DNA of 49,431 bases, counting the filler, from Catajapyx aquilonaris (Eukaryota), in assembly GCA_000934665.2 (NCBI GenBank). It is 3 parts of 3 records of this genome, joined end to end, with 100 filler letters (N's around TTAATTAATTAA, not from the genome) between each part and the next. Parts side by side here need not be neighbours in the genome. Positions count along the whole stretch, not along the records: positions 1 to 16,408 come from JYFJ02007207.1; positions 16,509 to 32,926 come from JYFJ02007208.1; 1 more part is not named here. One strand, given 5' to 3'. The first letter of the stretch is position 1. Each line of letters starts with the position of its first letter. Both the position numbers and the translations under genes were made by a program. The notes under the pieces were generated by a model. It was not told the DNA's origin and ran no database searches. It was given only the letters and a program-made list of their open reading frames with translations. Below are positions 11,713 to 24,100 of the stretch, in pieces.

Positions 11713-14700
11713 TTATGTGGTGTCAAGCCTGATAAATCGAAGCCGACATCTATCTGCCAAAATGCAAGCAGCCTCATTTGATCCTCCACAATAATGTGAT
11801 GAGGAGAATACTGTTAAGAGTTTTCCCTTTTGTTGAACCTGTAAAAAACCAATGAAACTAAATTGCTCTTGTTTACATAATTTACCTAAATATGTTGGTC
11901 AAGCATTCATGAAGGCAGGGCTAGATACACTGTCATAGTTGCACTGCTCACAGTAGTTTGCAGTAGTTCAACAAAAATATTTATATCTCAAAATAAGTTA
12001 ATCATAGGGCCTACACATATCCTGATTATGTCATAACAATAAAGTTAAAAGTTTTTTTTCAGCATATGTTTTCAATAAATGTTCATGTGGGCACCCTACG
12101 CACACCTAATAAATTATCAAGATGATATTCAATATAAGTCCATATTTTGTAGCATGTTGAGTGCCCTCAGAATTTTTGAAAGATGCAGCTTTTGTGAGAA
12201 AAGTGGACTTGTGTAAAATGAGAAAACTGTTCTGCATTTATGTAATCCAGCTCAACATGTGGTGAAAGGATCACTTTCATATGCACATCCCTTTCATGTC
12301 TATTGTATCATCATTGTCTTGGATGGAATGTTACACTTCTTTAGTACCTCTTAATTTTCTGTTAATTGGTTTTTATTAATATCTCTTCTGTTATATTTAT
12401 ATGACAAGCTAAGTATTAAATCCATACTGACCTGAAAGCCTGCTTGTTGGACCTCATGTGCACGTACCACATGCGTGAGCTTATTTCTACTAAGAAATGC
12501 TTCAAGGGCCTTGTTGCTGAACACATGTGCAGTGCCTCTCTTAATGTTTGATGCAAAACCATCTCCTTTCTCCAGCGTTTCCAGCAAATCTGACCCAACG
12601 AGCTCAGTACTGCAAGACATAAATCATAAACATCATCCACCATGATATATTGCTGTGTGATTCACACAATTGCATCAAGAATGAAATGATTTTCAGGATT
12701 AAGGATTAAAGGAGTTCATACATTGAACAGGGCATTTGTTTTTGCACTGCTTCATCTATCAACCAGACACAGCTCCCAACCTGCAGTTGAGTTTGTGGTG
12801 GCATTTCACATGGCAAGAAGGATAAATGAAGGGTCTCAGATCAAAGGTGGCTAAGTCCAAAAAAAGGGTCGTAAAATGAGCAAAAACTGCTGATTACTTA
12901 ACTTTCACTGGTACAATCTTGAAACGTTTTGCGTCCATATGTTGCCACAGCTCAGCTACATACGCAAATGTGCAATTAATACCAAATGACATTAAAATAC
13001 ATTATTGCTGGACGTGTTTGTGTTACATCCCCCAAAAATGGACTTAGCTGCCTTTGATCTGAGACCCCTCAAATACTGGTGTAACTTATCTGAGGACAGG
13101 ATAATATTGCATTGTAGTACTGCAGGTGAGCATGAGATCAAGCCATTCATGCTTTGACAGGGAGAGAAGCTTATGAAGATCAGCTCAGTTGAGTAGAAGC
13201 AGGTGAGGCATGTTCACCTTGTCAGAGAAATCCCATCATAAATTTTTACATCTGCTGTGCATTCTACAGTGTAAACTGCTACTAGCCACCTCTAAATTGA
13301 TTCATGCAGTTCCTTCCTCTCAAGGGTGAATGGATGGCATCAAGAGCTAATGATGGCATGAATGTATCGGTTCAGCCTGCATTCATTGGTGCAAAACCAC
13401 CCTAAGTCCTAAGTTAGTTGCCTGGCTGTATCAGTAACCTTGTGGAATTATCCATATAACCAGATATAACCTTTTCTCATACCCACAAAAATAAGTATTT
13501 TCATCCCCTTCTATACCTATGTGCAACTAGGAACAATGGTTAATAGATGTTTCATGTTTTCAGCACCAACAGCTGCTGCAGCTGCAGATGTAAAGGCTAG
13601 GTAGGCCTACTTTATGTAGCTATAAGATAAAGCCATGTTACTATGTTACCATGTTACTGACGAGGAAAACAAAAGGACGATCTGACATCATAATTTTGTT
13701 TACCAACTCCTAGTCAACGGAAATATGCCAAACACACCTCTGGACCAATTGTTGGCACATTGTTCTTATTTGTTGACACTGTTTTAATACCCATACACAC
13801 AGGCTGTCGACAGTTTTGGTCTTTGGTCGCGTTGACCAATCGACCAATCATGACTCATGTATGTACACAAACTCAACACTTGTGTTGCGCTTGTTGATTG
13901 GTCTGTGGGGTCAATGCGACCAAAGACCAAAACCATCGACGGCCTGTGTGTATGGACCTTTACAGTGTCAACAAAAAAGGAAAACGTTTACTCTTATTGT
14001 TGTATGAGGACATGTCCATGGAAACAGGAAAAGTGGACTAGGAGTCAGTAAACAAAACAATGACGTCAGATCATCCTTTCGTTTTCTGCACTGCAGCAAT
14101 CAATTTCTGCTAAACTGACATACAGTGTACCCCCGCGAGCATAAAGATGGAGACGGCAGGCCCTTTTTTGACCTTTCTTTATCCGACTCAAATTAATGAA
14201 CTCTTTTGGGACCGAGTTAGCTGCATCAGGCGTGTGATCGTGTATTTATGAGAGTATATTTGATACCATAATAGCTGAGATTGGCAGAGCAGCCTGCCGA
14301 AGGTGAGGACCTGCCGTCTCCATCTTTATGCTCGCGGGTGTACATGACTCAATATAATGGATAACCATGATTTTCTATCAATTTTCCACAGAAAAATAAA
14401 ACAATTACATCACGATCTGTTTTTCAACACCTGCTTGCATGACCTGGGCTGAGGCAATGCATGGGATGTAAATAGAATGAGGATGTTGACTAAGGAAGAA
14501 TTCTTAATGCCTCTCACAAACAACAGAAATACAAGGCACATCCAGAAAATAAGTTCAGTTTCTTATTAGAAAAACTACAATGCACCCCCAGTTGTATTAC
14601 ATACCTCTGAAATATTCAACTGTCTACTTTTTTTCAATGCAGGTTCCAGCCAGATTGAGGCATGAGGCATTTGTCATAGAGTTACAGAAGATATTGTATG

Positions 14701-16266
14701 CCTATGTTTTAAAATTTTGCCGCCAGCCATTTCTCTACTGGACTGCAACTCCTCGTCATTGTCAAACCTCTGCTTTGTAATGTATACCATTTCTTCATGC
14801 CCATGGACAGGTAATAATTTCTAGGATCTACATCCTGGTTCTAAGGTGGGTGATGGAACAATTCTCATTTGAATTGTCGCAGCAGAGTTCCAGTGCAAAA
14901 GGCAGTAGGCCTAGGTGGGTGAAAACCCCAGAACTCAACATGCCACTCTGTTTTTTTCAACCCAGAGGTTTATTGTGAGACATCACAGAAGTTAAGGATG
15001 GCCATTCAAAAGAAATGTCTCAGTATGTTGAATTCTGGGGTGTTTTTCTTGAGTGACAAGTCTTGCCCATCTACTTCCTTTCGCACTGGAACTCTGCCGC
15101 AACAATTCAAGTAAGGATTGTTTGATCACCTCCTAAGAATCGTGATTTAGAGCCTAGAAATTACCACCTGTCCATCAGTCCATGGGCATGAAGAAATGTT
15201 ATGAATAGCAGAGGTTTGACGATGATGAAGTGTTGCAGTCCAGTGGAGAAATGGCTGGCAGCAAAATTCTATGACATAGGCATACAAAATCTTCTGCAAC
15301 ACTATGACAAATGACTCAATTTGGCAGGAACCTATGTTGAAAAAAAATAAACAGTTGAAGCTTTCAGACATATGTAATACAACTTCTGGGGGTGCATTGT
15401 AATCTTTCTAATAAAAAACGGAACTTACTTTCTGGATGCGCCTTACATTTAACTTGGACTGGGGACTGATCACTCTTTGCAAGGAATATCCAAGCCACTA
15501 CTATAATAATACCGGTTGATAATCCTTTATCTGAAATGCTTGCGACTGGAAGTGTTTCAGATTTTTGATTTTTTCAGATTTCGAAATATTTGTACAGTAC
15601 TGTACATAATTATGCATCTATAAAATGGGACAGCTTTGGGATGGGATAAATTCCTGTATATGATATCCACTTACATTTCTTAATAAGGCTATACAATAAC
15701 CCTTCGGAGGGATTTTTATACATAAATTATAAATAATTTGGTGTATTTACAGTTCCAAGTGTGACTTGTGTCACATCATTTCAGCACTAAAATAACATTC
15801 AGATTTTGGAATTTCAGATAAAGGTGTGTTTACATGTGAGCAAATTGATTGCGCTATGTCATAGCCGAGCGATGCATCGCTGAGTAACCTGAGTAACCAA
15901 AAATATTTGAAGTGAAAGTAACAATCGATTTTCGCCTCAAACAATATTGCTTACAAGGGTTACTCAGCAATATATCGCTAGGTGATGGCATCACGCAATC
16001 AAATCGCTCACATGTAAATGCACCTTAAGGGATTCTCAATCTGTACTACCATTATTTTAAAAGTCAATTTACATGGACCTAAGCCACCCTACAATCCTTG
16101 ACATACACAGAAACACTCACTTCACAGGATCACTCCACATGATCTCCCAGGCCATTTGACTCTGCTTCTCTGGCTCTGGCAACGGACAAGGGACGAAGGC
16201 ATTGATAGCTGAAATCATTCCATTTCCAATCCAAGGAGGAGGAATACCACCATGGACACAAAAAAT
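11713..16266 (-). CDS. PPP-family (calcineurin-like metallophosphoesterase) Ser/Thr protein phosphatase, 3' part only: exons 16266-16121, 12609-12432, 11838-11713
   Basis: Spliced translation [11 protein letters not shown]...[12 protein letters not shown]...[43 protein letters not shown]...RLDTT* contains the PPP motifs HGG, WSDP, RAHE and TVFS..xYC. Splice phases are consistent. The GDxHG, GDxVDRG and GNHE exons are not seen, and the piece ends at 16408. Confidence 0.9.
12828..13070. mobile_element. MITE with 4-bp AAAT TSD (Sola-like)
   Basis: TIRs gaagggtctcagatcaaaggtggctaagtcca / tggacttagctgcctttgatctgagacccctc, with aaat on both flanks. Confidence 0.75.
13660..14087. mobile_element. 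Degenerate MITE with ~55-nt TIRs and an inner palindromic element (~13790-13956)
   Basis: Outer arms gaaaacaaaaggacgatctgacatcat...ctcctagtc and gactaggag...atgacgtcagatcatcctttcgttttc; inner arms ccatacacacaggctgtcga... and ...tcgacggcctgtgtgtatgg. Confidence 0.7.
14130..14340. mobile_element. TA-flanked MITE
   Basis: Perfect 29-nt TIR cccgcgagcataaagatggagacggcagg / cctgccgtctccatctttatgctcgcggg, with TA on both sides. Confidence 0.8.
14532..15445. mobile_element. About 0.9-kb fold-back element with mariner-like ends
   Basis: The left arm (caaggcacatccagaaaataagttc...) is the degenerate reverse complement of the right arm (...gaacttactttctggatgcgcctt) along its length, centred near 14990. 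The ORF track shows mirrored peptides [19 protein letters not shown] on both strands. Confidence 0.8.
15512..16043. mobile_element. Non-autonomous pogo/Tigger element resembling Tigger4 (Zombi/MER46), interrupted by a Harbinger-type MITE
   Basis: TA-flanked ends ccggttgataatcctttatctgaaatg... and ...tttcagataa[insert]gggattctcaatctg. The first ~85 nt resemble my recollection of the Tigger4 terminus (CAGGTTGAGTATCCCTTATCCGAAATGCTTGGGACCAGAAGTGTTTCGGATTT...). Confidence 0.65.
15822..16025. mobile_element. PIF/Harbinger-type MITE
   Basis: TIR aggtgtgtttacatgtgagc / gctcacatgtaaatgcacct with TAA TSD (15819-15821, 16026-16028); same family as 29447-29868. Confidence 0.8.
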
Positions 16267-16408
16267 CTGTAAATAAGTTGATTTCTCTCAAGTTGACTAC
16301 TTTCATATCTATTGTGCCAATGTCACATGCTGTATGCTCTGCTAAAACATACTGGTACTGTAGTTGCTCTTAAAAACTACTTCACTCTCTCACTTGGACT
16401 ACCCCAAT

Positions 16409-16508
16409 NNNNNNNNNNNNNNNNNNNNNNNNNNNNNNNNNNNNNNNNNNNNTTAATTAATTAANNNNNNNNNNNNNNNNNNNNNNNNNNNNNNNNNNNN
16501 NNNNNNNN
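16409..16508. other. Artificial contig linker (44 N + TTAATTAATTAA + 44 N)
   Basis: Seen directly; the 12-mer puts stop codons in all six frames. Confidence 0.97.
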
Positions 16509-16999
16509 GAGAAAAATTCCTGTACTCTAAGTTTGCAAATAATTTTAGTTTCCGTACCCTATGAATACTGGTATATCAATCAACTCATCTTGTCAAGTAG
16601 ATTCACGAAATATGTAGAAATATTTAATTTTCGTGGGGGGGCTAAAGTGCACCGAAATATATATACTTTTTTTTCTTCAAGACATACTGTGTTGTTACCT
16701 GTAGCTATGAGCGCCAGTATCCGAGCTTTCTTATGGTCACACCGTTCTCACACCATGCAGATCGACAGCATACACCCTCTCTTGCTGAACTAGAACAGTT
16801 TCGCTGAAAAAAACAACAACAACCGTCTTCATCAACAATGGGAGTAGTTGCCAGGTAACATTGCCTGGGCGGCAATGTTACCATTGGAAGATGCAGCCTA
16901 TGCAAAAGTAATATTGTTTACAAATATCATCTCATCACATCATCTGAGGAGGCCAATCACGCCTCAGTAAGCTGAGTCGACTCATATAATGCTGATATA

Positions 17000-17185
17000 C
17001 CGAAACAGTAGTGGTGGAGTGGATAGGGTGTCCGACTGTTAATCGGCGGGAGGTCCTGGGTTCGAATCCCGGAGGCCGGCGACCCTGACCATGGTTTTCT
17101 GTGGTTTCCCATGGTCCTTGCAGGATAATTCCGGGGTCGTTACCGTAATATAGGCCACAGCCGCTTCCTTCCTTCCCTTTCCCTG
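17000..17185 (+). mobile_element. tRNA-derived SINE (3'-truncated or diverged)
   Basis: A box (tggtggagtgg) and B box (ggttcgaatcc), body ggttttctgtggtttccc...aggccacagccgcttccttc; homologous to 34885-35170. Confidence 0.8.
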
Positions 17186-17389
17186 CCATTTTTTCATATG
17201 TGTAATGTTTTCTTTGATTTACTTCTTTCAATCCACAAGCTCAGATAAGCAAAGTGACCACAGGAAACTATTTTTTTCCAGTTTTAAAAACCTTAGAAAA
17301 ATGTCATGGGTGATGTTGACCCATGTGAAGCGAAGGGGTTACTGATAGTCACATACCTTGTGCTTCATAATTTATCATACATCTGCATC

Positions 17390-17666
17390 TATCAGTGGGG
17401 CTTAATGTCGGCCTATTTCTGCTGCTAAGGCTAAACACCGACGCCAGGGGGTGGTCCTCCTCCTGGAAATATGGCCACTCCGGGGATCTTTAACGTGCAC
17501 TCGCGCAATGTCACAAGCACACGGGACCGACAGCTTTACTTCCTCTCCGAAGGAAGGCGCACTCTCACTTTTCTACCACCCGGAGAAAAGTCACAGACCT
17601 GGCCGGGTTCGAACCCACAACTTTGGGTCTAGTGGCGAGCGTGCTAACCACCAGACCACCAGCGCA
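17390..17666 (-). mobile_element. tRNA-derived SINE of a second family, probably with a Deu/Nin-type central domain
   Basis: Minus-strand A box (tggtctggtgg) and B box (ggttcgaaccc); body ggaagtaaagctgtcggtcccgtgt...gtgcacgttaaagatcccc resembles Nin/Deu-domain SINEs from memory. The 3' boundary is approximate. Confidence 0.65.
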
Positions 17667-19012
17667 CTGTCGGAAATGTCCTGCTTGCCTGCAAGTCCTG
17701 CTGGCATCCTGAAGGTGAAGAAAAGAAGGGAGGAAAGAGAGGGCAAAATTCCCGCAGGCTGCACAAGGAAGGTATTGTCTGTTCACTTTCTACAGAGCCT
17801 TTCGCAATTGTCCAGGGGATAATGAGGGGTGGGTAGTCAGGAGGGGTTTGGGCGGGAGGGGAGGGAAAACCGGACATATAATCCTCCATCACTCCTCGGA
17901 TGATTGCAACAGGCTCTTAAGAAAGTGAACAGACAATATATGTTCAGTTCTGACTGACTGAAAGTCACACTTAGGAATACCATCCTCATGCCCAAGAGTC
18001 CACAACTGATGTGATGTAAGCAAAACTATGAAACACAAAGGATAAGTAACAGTCAAATTGCAAAAGCTTACCCTTTCGCTTCAATAAAAAATACATGAGA
18101 GACTGTCCTTAAGAAGTGAACCCATATGAAGCAAGCAGATAGTTAGTTAACTCCTAACACCTTCCCATATTGGGGAGAACTTGGTGACTCACAAAGGTTC
18201 TTGATTTACACATCAAGAGAGGTGGAAGGGTTCTTCACAACTGTAATATCATGAATACAAATAGCAGATCTTTATTTTCAGATGGTCATAAGGTCAGTTT
18301 TTTCACCCTACTAACATTAGCACCTGTCAACAACAAGAGTAACACAGAAAAAAGTTGGCAGGAGGATCCTTACTGGTAGGAGCAACTTACTAGCACTTAT
18401 CAGAAGGACAAAAAACCCAAGATGAATGTCCTTTCTTGTTATAGAGAGTAACATTCTAGTAACATTCTGGTAACATTCCTATCCTACATTTTTGAATAAG
18501 AGTAGATGTCCAAAACTGCCTGGGTCACTTGAAAAATAAACTGAGCTGCTTTAAAAAATAGCTGAATCTTTATGACTTGGATTAAAACAACGCTGCTCAT
18601 ACCTGAGCCAATTCATGCTACTCTGCAATGCAAAATGCACTGTTACTTGCTGTAACAATCCTCACATGGAGGCTGTGGAGTCTCATACGACCAGAAATGG
18701 ACACGTGATATGATGAAGTGTCTTGAATGGTTCACCTTCAAAATGATTGTCCATTTAGTATATTGGCTCTCTTGTACAATTTCTATTTGGGCATTTACAG
18801 GGTGGTACTCTAACCATGTGGAAGATACGAGGAGGAGGGTAGGATGGGGGAAAATTAATGCATCTGTCACACCTGGTAATGTAAACAAAGAGTACGTTGC
18901 TAAACTCAGCAGTGGAGCCAACGGCTGACATCACTGCTGAGCTCACCTATTGTCAATCTTTGCTGAGTTTAACAACGCTTTTGCTTCTTATTTCAGTTTT
19001 TCCTCAGCTCTT

Positions 19013-19107
19013 CCAGGAGGTTGGCGCCAGCCAATACTCAGTCTTGAGGTTTTTAATTCCGTTTGAATAAAACAGCTACAGAGGTGTACGACATGCTAAG
19101 ATTGTGA
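19013..19107 (+). pseudogene. Short frameshifted mariner transposase HTH fragment
   Basis: Nucleotide match to the minus-strand copy at ~20240-20335; with one frameshift it reads QYSVLRFL/FRLNKTATEVYDMLRL. Confidence 0.6.
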
Positions 19108-19939
19108 ACAGCAGATACTGGCCACCATGTGAGGCCAAAAGACATTGAAACTCCTCACAAACCTCCACCCGCATCTGCCTCTCCTATGCACAGTGTGTCC
19201 AAACGCGAGAACACTTGTACAAAAATGGTAAAACCAAGTTGGCAGAGTCATGTCAAATCTGCCCGAATGTAATAAATTAATGTCTGAACAATAATAAAAA
19301 GAACCCTTGGTAGGTTAAATTGAGATGCGTTTTATGCCAGGCAGGTACTCAAGTCAACTGTTCGCCTGACACCTTTTTGTGTCTATTCAGTCGGCTTCGA
19401 ATGGTCATGGAAGAAAGATCACTGCATTTCCAAATTCAGGCTCATGCGGATTTTAAGCTGTGCATAAAATACTTCTGGCTAAGTACTACTGACTCTCATG
19501 TAGCAATTTGAATGTGACCTTGAAGTATCGGTGCCAGGAGGTCCTTTCTTGAGGCCTCCATCACCCGTATTTGTCACCTCAACGATTTGATTTCAAAGAC
19601 GAAAAGTAACGGATTTCACAATATTTCACTTCGAATCGCACATTAAACGAAAGACTAGACTCCCTAGTTATAGACTCACTTCGTTTCAATCCCACATTTT
19701 TTCCAAAAAGGAGGCAGCATTTGTCATGCTACCCCGACAAAAGTTGCAATTGTGTGCACTTAAAACTAAGTGAATCTATAACAGGGGAGTCTAGTCATTC
19801 ATTTGATGTGTCATTCAAAGGGAAACTTGTGAAATTCCCTACTTTTCATCTTGAAAATCAGAGGAATATCGTGACCTTCGTGACAAATCCGCGCGGAATG
19901 GAAGCCATTTTTGTCCAAGCATTTCCGAGTTAGGACACA

Positions 19940-20537
19940 CTGTGCTATGGAGTAAACAACCTGAGGACCTATCACATCGGGTGTAAACGTGTCATATGTG
20001 GAAATGGTCAGTGCAAAATTGAGTGGGCACTACCATGAGAAATACCACATATTCTGGCAAGGCCATCGACAGATATGCGGTGTTCTTCCTGAACAATCAC
20101 TGCACAGATGGTGTTAATGAGGTCCTATATCAGAACTCTGATGAGAGTCTGCAGACCTGTGTCTTTGAAAGCTTACTACTGACTCGCTGAATGCCTTGTA
20201 CCATCGGAATGCTGTGGAACAGTTCTTCACCATACACCTCTCTTAGCATGGCGTATGCCTCCATTGCTGTTGTCTTCAAACGGAAGAAAAACCTCAACAC
20301 CGAATGTTGGCCGTCCTCACTGCCATCCTCCTGGCATGGCAGAGCGGAGGCGGATGCAAACCTAGGCTTACTTTCGGTGTCACCGTAGTTTGGAATTTTG
20401 GAATATTCAAACAAAACTTTGTGATCCAATACTTCAAGCCATTCTGGGCAAGATGCCACTCACGAAAAGTCATGAACTAATTATCTTCATCAGATAAAAA
20501 TACCAAAGTCAGTCCCAATTTGTTTGACTTGCCCTCG
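19940..20537 (-). pseudogene. Decayed mariner element, 5' end and N-terminal transposase HTH region
   Basis: Begins TA+CGAGGG. Translation QHSVLRFFFRLKTTAMEAYAMLREVYGEE...FRWYKAF, then with frameshifts EHRISVDGLARICG..HGSAHSIL, matching the two mariner HTH motifs. Confidence 0.75.
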
Positions 20538-21126
20538 TAAATGATGAAAACAAAGTCAAAAGGCATCTTGCAGTGCAGTTGTATATCATTCTATTGCGAC
20601 TGCATGGAAAGATGCTTACAGACTTGGTTCACATTGCCAGGTTGACTAATCCATCAACTTTCCCCATCCCCCCTCTTCAGGTCTTCAATGTGGTTGAGAA
20701 CCACCATTTATAATTTTCACTTAGACTAGGTTGCATAATCACTAGTAAATCCACAACAAGGGGTTAAATCTTGTTATTCATAGTTTTGAACATTGTTATC
20801 AGTGAATCATGGAGAAAAACCAATTTTCTCAAACGGACTATTGATCGTGCACCCCAGCCTTGCACATTGCCAACATGATGAACTGCAATTTTCTTCAGAC
20901 AATGCGAAACATCAAGATTTATTCACACCAACTGACTGCACAAAAGGCACATTATTTTATCATTTCCTGACAATCAAACTCTACTTGAAAAGAAAAGTGG
21001 GAAAGTTCCAGCTTGAATCAAACCTGGGACCCTCCCATCCAAGGGCACATAAGTACTTCAGTGCTACTTCATCTCCTCTCTTTCTGATAATATAAATCAT
21101 GCTTATGTTTTCCACTTGACTCTGAT

Positions 21127-24100
21127 TCACTGTTTCCCAGAACAATTACTGTATGGACTCAGAGGCGTAATTATCAAATGAATCTTAAGGGTATCTGACC
21201 CCGGTCCAACTAGATACGTGCTGGGCCCTTTCAGATTGTTGAGCTCATCAAAAGGCAACAACTCATCTATGTTAACCGCCTTCTCCTTTCTGTTGAAAAA
21301 GACATTTCTCTCCACAACACTCCGGACATGTTCGATCCCTTCTTGCTGTCCACTGATCAGAACACCAATCTTCACATGGGCCTCCTCAGCCTCCTTGCAT
21401 GAAACAGACAATCGCACGGTTCGCAGCACTACCTCTGGAACCTCAACTGTTCCTTGCCACACGATCAGAAAGAATTTCCGGAACCAAACACCTTTGGGGA
21501 ACAAATCCACGACCCACTCCAACATGCGTTCACTTTCATACTCAGCACATGAAGATGGGCTGGAAAACACTAAGGTGCGATTTTGATACGAAGAGAGGGC
21601 TGGGAAGTTTTCAATGGCTAAGGCTGTACTCCATTTCTCAGCAGTATACAGTCGAGGTGTGAAAAGAAGATGTCCATTGGGTTCCGTTTCTGCTACTTCT
21701 TGGACCCGGTTGTGCTGACCTGAAACAAGTTATGCCTATTTACGAAGGAATTCATAAATTGCGGAGCACTACACTTAGGGTGTATTTAGTACCAAGTTGG
21801 GAGAAATATATACCATCAAACGTCTGCGTGGGAGGTGAACTTGGTCCAAAATTTCCGTTTTATGAAGATAAAAGTATGAAGATACTAACCCACAACTTTC
21901 TGTGAAATTTTTTAATTAGGCGTTGCACCATAATGGCCAAGAGGGCGAGTATAAGTGCACAATACTACGTAGGAAAAATTATGACGTAATCTAATTTTTC
22001 TCATTACAAACACACTGCACTGGGCAGAAAAATATTGGAAAGAGTGAACCTGGCCATTGCCATCCACACGGGACTTTTCCACTCATTCTCATATGGGCTA
22101 CCCGTAGGGAAGGGACCGAACCATACCAGAAACACAGAATCCTTGAAATGTGAACTTGGTCACTCAAATGGGACTGGATGGTGAACTAGGCCGCCTGTTT
22201 TTAAACCAAAGGCGTGGTGAATTTGCTAGTAGACAAATGATTCTGGATATTGCAAGTTATAGGCTATTTATTCTACACTAGCAGCAGAGCCGTTCTTCGC
22301 AAGGTCTGTTTCCATGGTAAGGTAATCAACAACAATCAATCATTGTTGATGCAATGGAAACATGTTCCCATGATAACTCATTGCCAGGGTAATAAGCAAA
22401 AAAGAATTTATTCACTTGCGGCACTAGTTTTACCCACCCTGCCGGACTACATGGTCACATCTACTGGAGCAAGAAACCTGACCCGATAATCTGTGTTATT
22501 GTCCCAAATCACCACACAGGTAGATAGGACTCATACCATAATTATCATCTCCTCATGTCCAAGAAACATCATACACATATACAGTGCTGGACACATTAGC
22601 CATCGCTGAATGTTTTTTTCCGTCGGCGGCGGCGCTGCATTACCTGGCAACTCCGTCCGGTGGGCCAATTCGAACATCAGCATATGGAGAGTGCTTCGAT
22701 TGTTGCCACTGTTTACAAATCGAGTGAGTGACATGGACGACCCAGCGACGGGTCTCTTCTGCCTGCTCACACAGTATCTGCAGGGATACGCAGGGAAAAA
22801 CAGGAAAATAATGATGTTAGAAGCAAACCACGTTGGGAAAATTATCCCTGGACTCAAAGAAAGGTTTTCGTCCACAGCACACGAAATATATTCCACCCCT
22901 GACTAGAGGAGGGGGTGTCAATGATTAAGATCAGGGGTGCGCTAATAGAAAGTGCACCAACTGACGTATGGATTCTTTCGGTTTTTGTGTCTTTTCCGCG
23001 TACTTCGACACCTCTAAGACGAATGGAAACCATGCCCCGTATGTCAGACACCACGTCAGTCTCGTAATTTGTCCCCAAAGATGTCATATCTCAAAATGGC
23101 TTCCGTTGTCCCGCATATAAAAATACGTGTCGTTCGCGTCATATTTGCGCCAGGAAGAGATACACGACTAATGCTTGTTGCAGGTGTTCATATTATTGTG
23201 TCCAACCCCTGTACGTGTCATGTTAGTCATGTACCTCTTCCTGGCGCGAATATGACGTGAACGACACGTACTCGTATGTGCGGAACAGTGGAAGCCATTT
23301 TGGGATATGACGTCTTTGGGCACAAATTACGAGACTGACGTGGTGTCTGACATACGGGGCATGGTCTCCATTCGTCTTAGAGGTGCCGAAGTACACGGAG
23401 AAGACATAAAAACCGAAAGAATCCGTCAGTAGGTGCACTTTCAATTAGCACACCCCTGATCTTAATCATTGACACCCCCTCCTCTAGTCAGGGGTGGAAT
23501 ATTGTATTTCGTGTGCTGTGGACGAAAACCTTTCTTTGAGTCCAGGGATAATTTTCCCAACGTGGTTTGCTTCTCTGCAATCCTGCGTATTCCCTGCGTA
23601 TCCCTGCAGATACTGTGTAAGCAGGCAGAAGAGACCCGTCACTGGGTCTCTGCGTCACTCACTCGATTTGTAAACAGTGGCAAAAATCGAAGCACTCTCC
23701 ATATCGTCGCTGGCAATCCAATACCTCGTATCTCGCACTTTGGCCGACTTCCAGTTTTCCATGGTTTTGCAGTAGTCAATACAAGCCCCATCTGTTCATC
23801 TGTTCAGTCAGGAAATGTAATTCTTAAGAGCTGTAAGGCTGGGAAAAAAGTTAGGGATTTTCTGTGGTGTGCCAGTACTTTAAGAAATAGTTATTTCCTT
23901 CTCCTGTAAAGTTGGGTTCTTCGTAGATACAAGGTATTGGATTGTCAGCGACGATATGCTGATGTTTGAATTGGCCCGCCGACCGGGTTGCCAGGTAACG
24001 CAGAGGCGCCGCCGACGAAAAAAGACATTCACCGACGGCTAATGTGTCCAGCACTGTACCCTTGACTGTACCACTGTGATAGGATCAGCGTGCGTGGGTA

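Noticed and set aside
16453..16464. TTAATTAATTAA as a biological motif or piggyBac site
   Set aside because: It is embedded in N runs and repeated identically at 32971-32982, so it is a synthetic spacer.
17005..17075. Functional tRNA genes here, at ~17600-17666 and at ~35100-35170
   Set aside because: The A/B boxes run into shared SINE bodies, one with a 14-bp TSD, and I saw no convincing acceptor stem.
16699..19283. Apparent minus-strand exons with good GT/AG sites (16803-16699, ~18240-18072, ~18871-18603, ~19283-18947) as the missing 5' phosphatase exons
   Set aside because: Stops occur in all three frames, no GDxHG, GDxVDRG or GNHE motif is present, one overlaps a mariner relic, and they lie across an artificial linker.
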